Positions 1 to 9,513 of a stretch of 64,000 nt of DNA are shown here, piece after piece. Source of the stretch: Thermodesulfobacteriota bacterium (GTDB lineage Bacteria > Desulfobacterota > Desulfobacteria > Desulfobacterales > SURF-7); contig JBMORA010000063.1 in NCBI GenBank assembly GCA_049320885.1, forward strand, positions 128,001-192,000, written 5' to 3'. Each line of letters opens with the position of its first letter. Within the stretch, counting starts at the first letter, position 1. The notes below the pieces were generated by a model, which saw only the letters and a list, made by a program, of their open reading frames with translations, ran no database searches and was not told the origin of the DNA. The position numbers were made by a program, and so were the translations under genes.

Positions 1-1279
1 CGGTTTCAAACAGACAGAGACCATGCGACAAGACCGCATCCAGAACCGCTTCATCGTGCGGTTCTCCGCTGTAGGTATGAAACAGCATCACCGCTTGTCC
101 GGAGCTGGCCTCACTGAGGGTGAGAAATGTTTCAAAATCCGAGAGCCCCTTTTGCCTGGCGATTTCCGGCAGCCGGTGGCCGTTCAATTCTTTCCAGCCG
201 CTCGGACCGGCGTCCATGAGCTGGAAATCCTTGTAGGAAAATCCCAATAGCGCGAAACCGGCCGAGAGTTCCAGACGCAGCAACGCCCGCAACCACGGGT
301 TGCGGTACGCTTCCGGAAGCTTTTTCAGATACCAGTACGGCAGCACCACATTGACGGTGGTGTTGCCGCAGGTGTAGGGGAAGGCGTCAAACAGGATGTC
401 CACGCCGCTGCCGCGGGCGTCTTCGATCATCCTCAGGCATTTTTCCGCGGTGCTCCAGCTCCGCCGGCCCACAAACACGAGATGGGAAATCTGCACGGCC
501 GCGCCGGTCTTCCGGGCGACCCGGATCATCTCCTCCAGGGCTCTGATGTTATGGGCTTTGACATAGGTCGGCGGATACGTGGGGGAAATCCGGCTGAGGG
601 CTTTTATGTGCACCGTCACCGGCTTGCGGGCCGCTGCCGCGACGCTGCAGAACTCCTCAATTTCCTCCATGGGGGAGTACATCCCCGGGTCGTAGCCCAG
701 CCCGAAACTCAGGCCGCAGGCACCATCGTCAAGGCTGGCGCGCAGGGCTGTCAGACATCCATCCAGTTCATCCCGGGTCATCCCGCCCCTGCGGGTATCG
801 GCCCGGGCCAGTCGGATCGTACCGTGTCCCACCAGGTTGGCCATATTGACAATGGGGCGGCTCCGCTCCACCCGGTCAAAAAAGTCGGCCATGCTGTTCC
901 AGGTGTAATCCGGCGGCTTGTCGATCATGAGGTTGAAATGTTCCAGGGAAAGCTGGCGCCGGGTTCGATCCGTGATCGGAGCAGGGGAAAAGCCGCAGTT
1001 CCCGCCCACGATGGTCGTAATCCCCTGCTCCGGAAGGCACTGGAGCGGAACATGGTGGTCGGGAAGCGGCAGGGTCCAATCCGAGTGGGAATGCATGTCG
1101 ATGAAGCCGGGGGCGACGATCCGGCCGGATGCGTCGATCACCGCGCCCGTCCGGGGCAGGCTTTCGCCCCTTTTAAAGACCTCGCGGATCCGGTCTCCTT
1201 CCAGAAGCACATGCCCCTTGAATCCCGGCTTGCCGGTGCCGTCGATGATCGTGCCGTTTTGGATCAGTACGGTTTCCAT
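1..1279 (-). CDS. D-aminoacylase / N-acyl-D-amino-acid deacylase family amidohydrolase (runs off the left edge; absent from the ORF track)
   Basis: Manual translation from ATG at 1279: METVLIQNGTIIDGTG...IVAPGFIDMHSHSD...GITTIVGGNCGFS...VQISHL...DAFPYTCGNTT; no stop seen in the stretches read, including the end at position 1. Confidence 0.85.
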   Translation of the reverse strand, partial: METVLIQNGTIIDGTGKPGFKGHVLLEGDRIREVFKRGESLPRTGAVIDASGRIVAPGFIDMHSHSDWTLPLPDHHVPLQCLPEQGITTIVGGNCGFSPAPITDRTRRQLSLEHFNLMIDKPPDYTWNSMADFFDRVERSRPIVNMANLVGHGTIRLARADTRRGGMTRDELDGCLTALRASLDDGACGLSFGLGYDPGMYSPMEEIEEFCSVAAAARKPVTVHIKALSRISPTYPPTYVKAHNIRALEEMIRVARKTGAAVQISHLVFVGRRSWSTAEKCLRMIEDARGSGVDILFDAFPYTCGNTTVNVVLPYWYLKKLPEAYRNPWLRALLRLELSAGFALLGFSYKDFQLMDAGPSGWKELNGHRLPEIARQKGLSDFETFLTLSEASSGQAVMLFHTYSGEPHDEAVLDAVLSHGLCLFET

Positions 1280-1583
1280 TCAATCGATTTTCCATCATTT
1301 CATGTCACGGCCGCGACCGTCAGCGGCATGACGAAGTCCACCTGTTCAGAAACCTTTTACCGATATTTTCAATTTATCATAAACCATGAATCTCGATAAC
1401 ATCAATAGAAGAATGAACATTCGGGATCACCGGGATGCCGCTGTTTCCTTCCCTCCCCGGGGAATGCTGGCGCACGCTACCGAAAACACAATCACCATCT
1501 AAATTGAACTTGATCTTCTTGTATGAAAAAATGTATTTTCAGACACTATTCAGCGAACCGATCGTTGAGGCGAGGAACTCATC

Positions 1584-3041
1584 ATGAAATGGGATTTTCC
1601 TTTTCCGTTGAACATCCGGCAGAAAATCATTCTGGGATTGGTCCTGCTTTCCATCGTCATGCTGATCATCGCCGGGATTTCCTTCAATTCGCTCCTGAGG
1701 ATCGAAAGCAAGCAGCACTTCGTGGTCATCGCCGACGACCTGAGCAACATGATCCTGGAAATCCGGCGCTATGAAAAAAACTACCTTCTATATAACTCCA
1801 CCGTCGATTTGAAGGAAAACCGAAAATATATCCGGATGAGCATTCATGTTCTCGCCAGGATTTATCCGGACATAAAGGATTTCAATGTAAAGCCGCTGCT
1901 GGAGCTTCTGGAAACCAACCTGCTCGAATACGGCGGCCTCATGGAAATGATCGCCAAACAGTACAAGGAAGGGAAAAAAGCCGAAACCGTAAAATTCGAG
2001 GAAGAGTTGCGGGAACGCGGGAAAAACCTGCTGGCGCTTTCGGACGAACTGGTCTCCTTTGAAAGACGACAAATCCTCCTGATCATCAAGAACCTCAAAA
2101 CCCAGTTGCTTTCCGCCCTGGGAGTCTACATCGCCTTGAACATTTTCCTAGTCGCCGTGGTTCCCGTAAAAATCTTCAGACCCCTGCGGATCATCGAGAA
2201 AACCACCCTGCGTATCGCCCAGGGTGATTTCACGCCCATTCCGGTATCCGACAACCGCGATGAAACCCAGCGGGTGGTCCAGGCTTTCAATCGGATGGTG
2301 TCGGAACTCGAGAAACGCCAGGATCAGCTGGTGCAGGCGAAAAAGCTGTCCTCCCTGGGAACCCTGACGTCCGGGATCGCCCATCAGTTGAACAACCCGC
2401 TGAACAATATTTCGACCTCCTGTCAGATCATGATGGAGGATCTGGGGTCTCTGCTGAAGGAGCTGCCGCCATCCGATCAAGACTTTGTAAGAAAAATGCT
2501 CGGCAACATCGAACAGGAGGTTCACCGGGCCAAGGATATCGTCAAGGGGTTGCTGGAGTTTTCAAGGGAAAGAGAGTTCTGCCTGACCCCCACCCAGCTT
2601 TCCCAGGTGGTGGAACGTTCCGCCAAACTCATCTCCAGCCAAATCCCCCCCGGTATTCAGATTATCCGAAGCATCCCCGAGGATCTGCTGCTGAAAATGG
2701 ACTCCCAGCGGATGCAGCAGGTGTTTCTGAACCTCATTGAAAATGCTGTCCACGCCATGCGGGAATCTTCAGGTGAAATCCGGATAACGGCCCAGGCTTC
2801 CCCCGACAAGGAGCAGGTGGTGATATCGGTGGAGGACACGGGCAAAGGAATCCCCGCAGGAGAAATACCTCACGTTTTCGATCCATTCTATACCACCAAG
2901 GAAGTCGGCGCCGGAACGGGACTTGGGCTTTCCATCGTATACGGCATCATCCAGAAGCATTTCGGTTCGATCACCGTTGAAAGCAAGGAAGGCGAAGGAA
3001 CCCGATTTACCATCCGCCTGCCTCTTGAAACCGGTTGTTAG
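1584..3041 (+). CDS. Membrane sensor histidine kinase (2 TM, HAMP, HisKA, HATPase; NtrB-like)
   Basis: H-box GIAHQLNNPL, N-box QVFLNLIENA, G1 DTGKGI, F/G2 FDPFYTTK..GTGLGL. Confidence 0.95.
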   Translation: MKWDFPFPLNIRQKIILGLVLLSIVMLIIAGISFNSLLRIESKQHFVVIADDLSNMILEIRRYEKNYLLYNSTVDLKENRKYIRMSIHVLARIYPDIKDFNVKPLLELLETNLLEYGGLMEMIAKQYKEGKKAETVKFEEELRERGKNLLALSDELVSFERRQILLIIKNLKTQLLSALGVYIALNIFLVAVVPVKIFRPLRIIEKTTLRIAQGDFTPIPVSDNRDETQRVVQAFNRMVSELEKRQDQLVQAKKLSSLGTLTSGIAHQLNNPLNNISTSCQIMMEDLGSLLKELPPSDQDFVRKMLGNIEQEVHRAKDIVKGLLEFSREREFCLTPTQLSQVVERSAKLISSQIPPGIQIIRSIPEDLLLKMDSQRMQQVFLNLIENAVHAMRESSGEIRITAQASPDKEQVVISVEDTGKGIPAGEIPHVFDPFYTTKEVGAGTGLGLSIVYGIIQKHFGSITVESKEGEGTRFTIRLPLETGC

Positions 3042-3056
3042 GGGAGAAGTCGGCGC

Positions 3057-4400
3057 ATGGCCATGATATTGATCGCTGAGGATGAACGCATCGCCCGGGA
3101 TAACCTGGAACACGTGCTGCGCAAGGAAGGCCATACCGTCGTGCCGGTGGAGAACGGCAAAGAGGCGATTCGCGAGCTGGAAAAACAGGAATTCGATCTG
3201 GTGATGACCGACCTGCGCATGCAGCCCGTGGACGGCATGGAAGTGCTGCGGCGGTCCAAGGAGTTATTTCCGGATACGGAAGTGATCGTCGTCACCGGCT
3301 ACGCCACCGTTACCACCGCCGTGGAGGCCATGCGCAAGGGCGCGTACTACTATGTTTCCAAGCCTTATCAAATCGAGGATGTCCGGTTCCTGGTCCGCCA
3401 GGCCGTCGAAAAAAAACAGTTGCGACGGGAAGTAGCCGATTTGAAACAAAAAGTAGATATCGCCAACACCGACACCCATCTTCTGATCGGCAACAGTCCT
3501 GCCATGCAGAATCTGAAAAACGTCATTCTCCAGGTGGCCCCCACGGATTGCAATATCCTGATCCTGGGAGAAACCGGCACCGGAAAGGAACTTGTGGCCC
3601 GGACCATTCACCATCTGAGCCCCCGGTCCGGAAGACGCTTTCTGGCCATCAACTGCGGCGCTTTCAACGAAGAATTGCTGGCCCATGAACTCTTCGGGCA
3701 TGAACGGGAGGCGTTCACCGGAGCCCGCGGGATCAAGAAAGGCCTGCTGGAATCCGTCCAGGGCGGCACGATTCTGCTGGATGAGATCGGTGACATGCCC
3801 CTGGCCATGCAGGTGAAGCTGCTGCGCGTCCTGCAGGAAAGGACCCTGTTACGCATCGGCGGCACCCAGGAAATACCCGTCGACATCCGGGTCTTGGCCG
3901 CCACCAATAAGGATTTGAAGGAAGAAGTCGAAAACGGTCATTTCCGGCAGGATTTGTACTACCGCCTCAACGTGATCACCCTGCCGGTCCCTCGCCTGGC
4001 GGACCGCCGGGACGATATTCTCATGTTGAGCCTGCATTTTTTGAAAAAAATCTCCGAAGCCCAGGGGAAACGGCTGGAATCGATTTCGGAAGCGGTGCTG
4101 GACATTCTGTTTTCCTATGAATTTCCTGGAAATGTCCGGGAACTTGAAAACATCATGGAGCGGGCCGTGACCCTCGCCGGGGGAGCATCCATCGAAATCC
4201 AACATCTGCCCTTCGATCTGCAGGAATTTGCCGGCCGGGTCAAGCGCCGCTCCCAGGAATTCCTGACCCTGGAAGAGAACGAAAAGGAATATATCGAATG
4301 GGTGCTGCACCAGGTGAACGACAACAAAACCAAGGCCGCCGAGATTCTGGGAATCGATCGGGTGTCCCTCTGGCGCAAATTGAAGCGCTACCAGCTGTGA
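3057..4400 (+). CDS. Sigma54-dependent response regulator (REC-AAA+-HTH, NtrC family)
   Basis: REC (TDLRM, SKP), Walker A GETGTGKE, EAFTGA loop, Walker B LLDEI, FPGNVREL, C-terminal HTH AAEILGIDRVSLWRKL. Confidence 0.95.
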   Translation: MAMILIAEDERIARDNLEHVLRKEGHTVVPVENGKEAIRELEKQEFDLVMTDLRMQPVDGMEVLRRSKELFPDTEVIVVTGYATVTTAVEAMRKGAYYYVSKPYQIEDVRFLVRQAVEKKQLRREVADLKQKVDIANTDTHLLIGNSPAMQNLKNVILQVAPTDCNILILGETGTGKELVARTIHHLSPRSGRRFLAINCGAFNEELLAHELFGHEREAFTGARGIKKGLLESVQGGTILLDEIGDMPLAMQVKLLRVLQERTLLRIGGTQEIPVDIRVLAATNKDLKEEVENGHFRQDLYYRLNVITLPVPRLADRRDDILMLSLHFLKKISEAQGKRLESISEAVLDILFSYEFPGNVRELENIMERAVTLAGGASIEIQHLPFDLQEFAGRVKRRSQEFLTLEENEKEYIEWVLHQVNDNKTKAAEILGIDRVSLWRKLKRYQL

Positions 4401-5253
4401 ATTCCTGATGTGGCGGATTTCGGCTATGCGCTCCGGGGGAAACGGCTTGGGATGTCGCCTTCGCGGCCTCGTATGCCTCCTTGAGAACCAATACCGGAAG
4501 CCCCTGATCCACGATCTTTTCCATCAGACCGGTGCGAAACGGCCACCTTCCCCTGCAACCATCCCGGCCGAGGAGAATCATGTCGAATTTCCCCCGACGG
4601 ATGCGCTGCATAATTTCGGCCGCATTTCCGGCCATCGTTTCCGGCAGGCCCCCGGACAACATTCCTCCGGCGCCGGCCTTCCTTTTGGTTGCGGCGACGA
4701 GCCGATGAACTTCCAATGAGCCGCCGTAACTCCTGGCAAGTTCAGTCGCGCGGGAGAATATCCCCGGTCCCGCCTCCGGTCCACTGGCCACCAAAAGGAC
4801 TTTTTCCCAGCCGACGACCGCCTGTTCGGGAATGACCAGCACCTCCACCTCATCCAGCCTGCGGATAATTCCGGAACGCGGGTTTCCCCTCAGCCATCTG
4901 GCTATCGGCGATTTTCGGCCGGCGCCCAGCACCACCAGGTCGAACCGGCCGCCGGCGGCGAACCCGGCGATTTCCTCGGCGGGTTCACCCGCCTCGCACC
5001 GGACACCGATGCGCATGCCTTGGGATTCCCCGGTCTCGAAAGCCTTTCCGAGAATCTCACCGGCGCGGCCCACCAGGAGCCCGTCGATGCTCCGGACGCC
5101 AACGAGACTCAGATCGCCTTGATACGAAGGGGTCACGGTGATCACCGTAACCCCTCCCTTGCCCCATTGCGCCAGGCGGATCGATTCGGCCAGGGCGTGA
5201 TAACCCGCGGCCGAACCGTTTATCGCCACCAGGATTTGATTAAGCCTCTGCAT
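4240..5253 (-). CDS. Universal stress protein (tandem USP domains)
   Basis: ILVAINGS..., GEPAEEI...FDLVVLGA, plus a degenerate second USP domain; start MQRLNQ at 5253 overlaps the TauE stop; the C-terminal tail overlaps the convergent regulator. Confidence 0.8.
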   Translation of the reverse strand: MQRLNQILVAINGSAAGYHALAESIRLAQWGKGGVTVITVTPSYQGDLSLVGVRSIDGLLVGRAGEILGKAFETGESQGMRIGVRCEAGEPAEEIAGFAAGGRFDLVVLGAGRKSPIARWLRGNPRSGIIRRLDEVEVLVIPEQAVVGWEKVLLVASGPEAGPGIFSRATELARSYGGSLEVHRLVAATKRKAGAGGMLSGGLPETMAGNAAEIMQRIRRGKFDMILLGRDGCRGRWPFRTGLMEKIVDQGLPVLVLKEAYEAAKATSQAVSPGAHSRNPPHQEFTAGSASICARGTPDRFPESRRPWFCCRSPGAAPIRYIPFRSLPGSGIPGSGA

Positions 5254-6304
5254 ACACTTCTTTTTCAGGCGCCGCCAACCGACGGCCTTTCCACATGCTG
5301 CCGAGAATGATAACCGCCCCGACGCTGAGGGCGACACACATGAACACGAAACTGACCTTGTCCAGAACCACGGTGGTCTCCTTGCTGATGGCCAGAAGTC
5401 CCAGCTCGCGGAGATATTCCGGAATGGCCAATCCCCGGCTGACCGCCACGATCAGCATGATGGTCCCCATGACGATCTTGATCATATACTCCTTGACATA
5501 GGTGGTTCCGATGGCCCCCAGCTGAACGCCGAGCAGAGACCCGGCCAGGATGATCAGGGTCAGACGGATGTCCACCATGCCGTGGATAGCCCAATTGATG
5601 GTGCCGCCAAAGCCCATGACAAAGGCGATGACCAGTTCGGTGGCCGAAGCGATCAGGCTGGAAACCCCCATGACATAGATCATGCCGGGCACGCCCACAA
5701 ACCCGCCCACGGCAATGGTGGCGGCCAGCATTCCGGTGGCAAAGCCCACCGGAACCGTAAACCAGATGGATATTCTGATATTGGCGGTCTTGAAATAAAT
5801 CATCGGCGGCAGATGGACGGCCTGAAGCTTACGGGCCAGGGCCGATATTTTCTCCACCGCCCCGGAACGCATGGAACCAACCGCGTCCTTGAATACATAA
5901 CCGCCCACCGTCACCAGGATCACCACAAAAGACAGGCTCACATACAGGTTGGAACCCGCCTGGCCCCAGGCGTCCAGGATCCACTGCTGGATTTTAATCC
6001 CCACCTGCACGCCCACCCCGGCCGAGGCGGCCATCACCAGACCCAGTTTAATATCCACCTGGCCGTATTTAAAGCGTTTATAGGCCCCCACCAACGCCTT
6101 GGGAAACTTATGGCACATATTGCTCGCCACCGCAACCGTTCCGGGAACCCCCAGGCTCATCATTCCCGGTGTCAGGACAAAGGCGCCGCCGGAACCGATA
6201 AATCCGCTTACCAGCCCGCCGATGAATCCCACCAGGAACAGAAAAAACACGGAAGCGGCGCTCAGATCGATGAATTGCAGTGTTTGTTGGGCAAGGTCAT
6301 GCAT
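5240..6304 (-). CDS. Sulfite exporter TauE/SafE (TSUP) family membrane protein
   Basis: GFIGGLVSGFIGSGGAFVLTP and IAVGGFVGVP repeats, multiple TM segments; AAGGAG RBS before ATG 6304 (ORF track start 6334). Confidence 0.9.
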   Translation of the reverse strand: MHDLAQQTLQFIDLSAASVFFLFLVGFIGGLVSGFIGSGGAFVLTPGMMSLGVPGTVAVASNMCHKFPKALVGAYKRFKYGQVDIKLGLVMAASAGVGVQVGIKIQQWILDAWGQAGSNLYVSLSFVVILVTVGGYVFKDAVGSMRSGAVEKISALARKLQAVHLPPMIYFKTANIRISIWFTVPVGFATGMLAATIAVGGFVGVPGMIYVMGVSSLIASATELVIAFVMGFGGTINWAIHGMVDIRLTLIILAGSLLGVQLGAIGTTYVKEYMIKIVMGTIMLIVAVSRGLAIPEYLRELGLLAISKETTVVLDKVSFVFMCVALSVGAVIILGSMWKGRRLAAPEKEVYAEA

Positions 6305-6373
6305 TGGCTGTTGCTCCTTTTTTTGATGGTCCATTCAAACGATTGGGTTGTATTGTCCATTCATCTTCAACAT

Positions 6374-7144
6374 CTACAAGCGGTGAAACGGATTGACATA
6401 GGCATATGTCCGCGGTTTTTTGGCGACCTTTTGTTTTTTCTGGACCGCCTTCCGCTCCACTTCCCGCAGGGCGTCTTTTTGTACGGCTTCAATGCCCAGC
6501 AGGGACCACAGGTTGCCGGCGAAGGTGCCGTGGGCAAAAGAAAACGCAAATACCGTGACCACCGGCATAGCGGCATACCAGCCACCCCGGGTAAAGAATT
6601 TCATCACCACGTCCGCATTGATGAATACCGCGGCATAGAGCAGCGCGGTCACGACACCGAATCCCGCGGTTTTGATCGCCAATTGCCTTTTCCGTTTTGT
6701 CGTTTTGTCCGCCATGAGATTTCCCCCCTTGTGTTTTTTCTTGGATAAAATGCTGAAAATCGGAAGGGGCAGGTATTCGGCGATTTTCCGGCGGTCCATA
6801 TCCGCGCTTGCCAACACAAACCCAATCCGTTTTTCCGTCACCTTGATGTCCGCCATGATCCACCCGAGATCACCTCTCTTAATCATCGACTCGCAACCGA
6901 TTCCATTGGTTTCCGCTTTGGTTCTCAATGTCTTGACCGTTTCTTCCGCCCGTTTTCTGAACCCTTCCCCCTCCCAGGCCGTATCGGCGCTCAGCACCAG
7001 CAGGTCGTGATTCAGCCGGGCCGCCAGATGAACCGCGTATTCCATGAAATCTTCCGGGAAGTTCCCTTTGTCGTCCAAAATGAGGATCTTTCTTCTTCCG
7101 CGGCTTTCCTGGTTCGAACCGATTCCCATGCCGTCCCCTGCCAT
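6374..7144 (-). CDS. USP-like domain fused to a small 2-TM membrane protein (possible internal start at 6715)
   Basis: N-terminal KILIL..FMEYAVHLAARL..LLVL USP-like pattern; C-terminal LLYAAVF..FTRGGWYAAMPV..FSFAHG..LWSLLGIE; GGAGG before ATG 7144. Confidence 0.6.
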   Translation of the reverse strand: MAGDGMGIGSNQESRGRRKILILDDKGNFPEDFMEYAVHLAARLNHDLLVLSADTAWEGEGFRKRAEETVKTLRTKAETNGIGCESMIKRGDLGWIMADIKVTEKRIGFVLASADMDRRKIAEYLPLPIFSILSKKKHKGGNLMADKTTKRKRQLAIKTAGFGVVTALLYAAVFINADVVMKFFTRGGWYAAMPVVTVFAFSFAHGTFAGNLWSLLGIEAVQKDALREVERKAVQKKQKVAKKPRTYAYVNPFHRL

Positions 7145-7242
7145 GATTACCCCACCCTCCTCTGCCGGTTTCCCGATATTTTCTTTATCTAATCGATTAT
7201 AAACGATTTTCAATCCCAATCGTTCTTTTCAAACAATACTGT

Positions 7243-7258
7243 TTCAATGATCGTGCCA
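7243..7258 (-). promoter_or_regulatory. Sigma54 (-24/-12) promoter for the USP/TauE operon
   Basis: Minus strand TGGCACGATCATTGAA versus consensus TGGCACGnnnnTTGCW. Confidence 0.7.
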
Positions 7259-7334
7259 ATCATTCACCTGTCCCGGCCCGGCCCGCGAATCCAGGGATCC
7301 GCACATGGCGTGAAGTTCCCTGACCTCCATTTGC

Positions 7335-7351
7335 TATTGCATATTGCAATA
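7335..7351. promoter_or_regulatory. 17-bp palindrome, candidate enhancer (UAS) 1
   Basis: TATTGCA-TAT-TGCAATA perfect 7-3-7 inverted repeat about 80 bp upstream of the sigma54 promoter. Confidence 0.55.
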
Positions 7352-7424
7352 TGGTCCTTTTTATGATTGTGTTATCTGACTAATATTAATGAATATCATA
7401 CCTGTTGTAACAGTCGGGACCGGC

Positions 7425-7441
7425 TGTTGCGATTTGTAACA
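7425..7441. promoter_or_regulatory. 17-bp palindrome, candidate enhancer (UAS) 2
   Basis: TGTTGCGATTTGTAACA, same length and pattern (TRTTGC-N5-GYAAYA) as 7335-7351. Confidence 0.5.
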
Positions 7442-7459
7442 TCCAGGAAGGATCGAACC

Positions 7460-9496
7460 ATGTCGCTGTTTAAAAAGCCATCAAAAACAGGCGAGACGGC
7501 GCAGCAGGGCGCCGGGGATTTATTGGAGCTGCGCACCCGGGCCAAAAAAGCCGAACTGCCGGAACCGGTATCCACCGTGGTGGGGGCCCAGCTGGATCGC
7601 CTGGAAAGCATGGACAGCTCCAGTCCGGAGTACGGCATCGGCATGGATTATGTCGCTTTTGTGCTGGCCCTGCCCTGGAACCATTTCACCGAGGACAATC
7701 TGGATCTGAAACGAGCGGAAACCATACTGGAAAAGCAGCACTTCGGGTTGCGGCACGTGAAGGAACGGATTCTGGATTTTCTGGCGGTGCGGGCCCTGTC
7801 TTCTCTTCAGGCGTTTCGAATTCTGGTGGTGGATGACGAGCCCATCGCCCGCGCCAACCTGGAGCATATTCTGCTGAAGGAGGGATACCTCGTATCCACC
7901 GCCTCCAACGGCCTGGAAGCACTGGGTCTCATGGAGCGACAGGAATTCGAGCTGGTTCTCACGGATCTGAAAATGGAAAAAATGGACGGCCTCCAGCTGC
8001 TGGCAGCCGCACGGAAAACCGCGCCGCATACCGAATTCATCATGATCACGGGGTATGCCACGGTCAACAGCGCCGTGGACGCTCTCCGGAAAGGGGCCAG
8101 TAACTATCTGGCCAAACCCGTGGATCTGAACGAATTGCGCGCCATGGTCCGCCAACTGCACAACCGAAAAAAGCATCTGCGTCTGACGCGCAGCCCCATC
8201 CTGCTGTTTTCAGGTCCTCCGGGAACCGGCAAGACCTCCCTGGGACGGGCCATCGCCGAGGCCCTGCAGCGGAAATTCGTGTGCATTTCCCTGGCCGGAC
8301 TCCGGGACGAGGCGGAACTGCACGGCCACCGCCGCACCTATGTCGGCGCCATGCCCGGCAGGCTGATCAACGAGATCAAACGTCTGGGGGTTAAGAATCC
8401 GGTTTTCATGCTGGACGAGATCGATAAGATCGGCCAGGATTTTCGCGGCGATCCGGCGGCGGTGCTGCTGGAAATCCTGGATCCGGAACAGAACAGCCGC
8501 TTCACCGACCATTATGTGGATTTGCCCTTTGACTTGTCCGGGGTCATGTTCATCGCCACCGCCAACATGGTGGACAAGCTGCCCGGCCCCCTGCGGGACC
8601 GCATGGAGAATATCCCCTTTTCCGGGTATACGGAAAAAGAAAAACAGGAAATCGCCGCGCATTATCTCATTCCGCGCCAGTTACGGGAACACTCCCTGAT
8701 ATCCCGCAACGTGGGGTTCAGTCCGGAATCGATTCTGCGGGTGATTCGCAATTATACCCTCGAGGCCGGCCTGAGAAACCTGGAACGGGAAATCGCCGCC
8801 ATCTGCCGGAAGCTCGCCCGCCTCTGCCTGCAGAATCAGGATGAAACCTCCAGCAAACCGCTGCTGGTCGATGAAAGCCTGACGGAACAACTCCTGGGGC
8901 CCCCCAAATACACCCACCAGGCAGCCGCCGCCGGACACCGGATCGGTGTGGCCACCGGACTGGTCTGGACCGAATTCGGCGGGGAAATCATCTTCGTGGA
9001 AGCGGCTTGCATGCGCGGCAGCAAGCAATTGATCCTCACCGGCTCTCTAGGCGATGTCCTGCGCGAATCCGCCCAGACCGCCATGAGCTATATCCGCAGC
9101 AACGCCCCGGGTCTGGGGATTGACCCGGATTTTTTCGACAACAGCGATATCCACATCCACATTCCCGCGGGTGCGGTATCCAAGGACGGTCCGTCCGCGG
9201 GAGTCACCATCCTGGTGGCGTTGATTTCCCTGATCACCCGGAAACCCGCCCGCCGGGACGTGGCCCTCACCGGCGAAATCACCCTCAGCGGCCGAATCCT
9301 TTCGGTCAGCGGTATCCGGGAAAAACTGCTGGCGGCCCAGCGGGCCGGAATCCGGACCGTTATCCTGCCCAAAGGGAATGAACTGGACATCGGCAACCTG
9401 GACCCCGACCTGATCAGCGGAATGAAAATCATTACGGCTGGAGAAGTCAATTCCCTGCCGGAACTTGTGCTGCTGGATACCGAAACCGCCGACTGA
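7460..9496 (+). CDS. lon: Lon (endopeptidase La) family protease lacking the N-terminal domain, with an inserted receiver (REC) domain
   Basis: HFGLRHVKERILDFLAV, then REC (ILVVDDEP..TDLKM..AKP), Walker A GPPGTGKT, GHRRTYVGAMPG, Walker B LDEIDK, catalytic Ser DGPSAG and Lys GIREK; start MSLFKK at 7460. Confidence 0.92.
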   Translation: MSLFKKPSKTGETAQQGAGDLLELRTRAKKAELPEPVSTVVGAQLDRLESMDSSSPEYGIGMDYVAFVLALPWNHFTEDNLDLKRAETILEKQHFGLRHVKERILDFLAVRALSSLQAFRILVVDDEPIARANLEHILLKEGYLVSTASNGLEALGLMERQEFELVLTDLKMEKMDGLQLLAAARKTAPHTEFIMITGYATVNSAVDALRKGASNYLAKPVDLNELRAMVRQLHNRKKHLRLTRSPILLFSGPPGTGKTSLGRAIAEALQRKFVCISLAGLRDEAELHGHRRTYVGAMPGRLINEIKRLGVKNPVFMLDEIDKIGQDFRGDPAAVLLEILDPEQNSRFTDHYVDLPFDLSGVMFIATANMVDKLPGPLRDRMENIPFSGYTEKEKQEIAAHYLIPRQLREHSLISRNVGFSPESILRVIRNYTLEAGLRNLEREIAAICRKLARLCLQNQDETSSKPLLVDESLTEQLLGPPKYTHQAAAAGHRIGVATGLVWTEFGGEIIFVEAACMRGSKQLILTGSLGDVLRESAQTAMSYIRSNAPGLGIDPDFFDNSDIHIHIPAGAVSKDGPSAGVTILVALISLITRKPARRDVALTGEITLSGRILSVSGIREKLLAAQRAGIRTVILPKGNELDIGNLDPDLISGMKIITAGEVNSLPELVLLDTETAD

Positions 9497-9513
9497 CAAG
9501 GACCCGAAGGTCT

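Noticed and set aside
482..1399. 305-aa plus-strand ORF
   Set aside because: Antisense shadow of the minus-strand D-aminoacylase, which has clear family motifs
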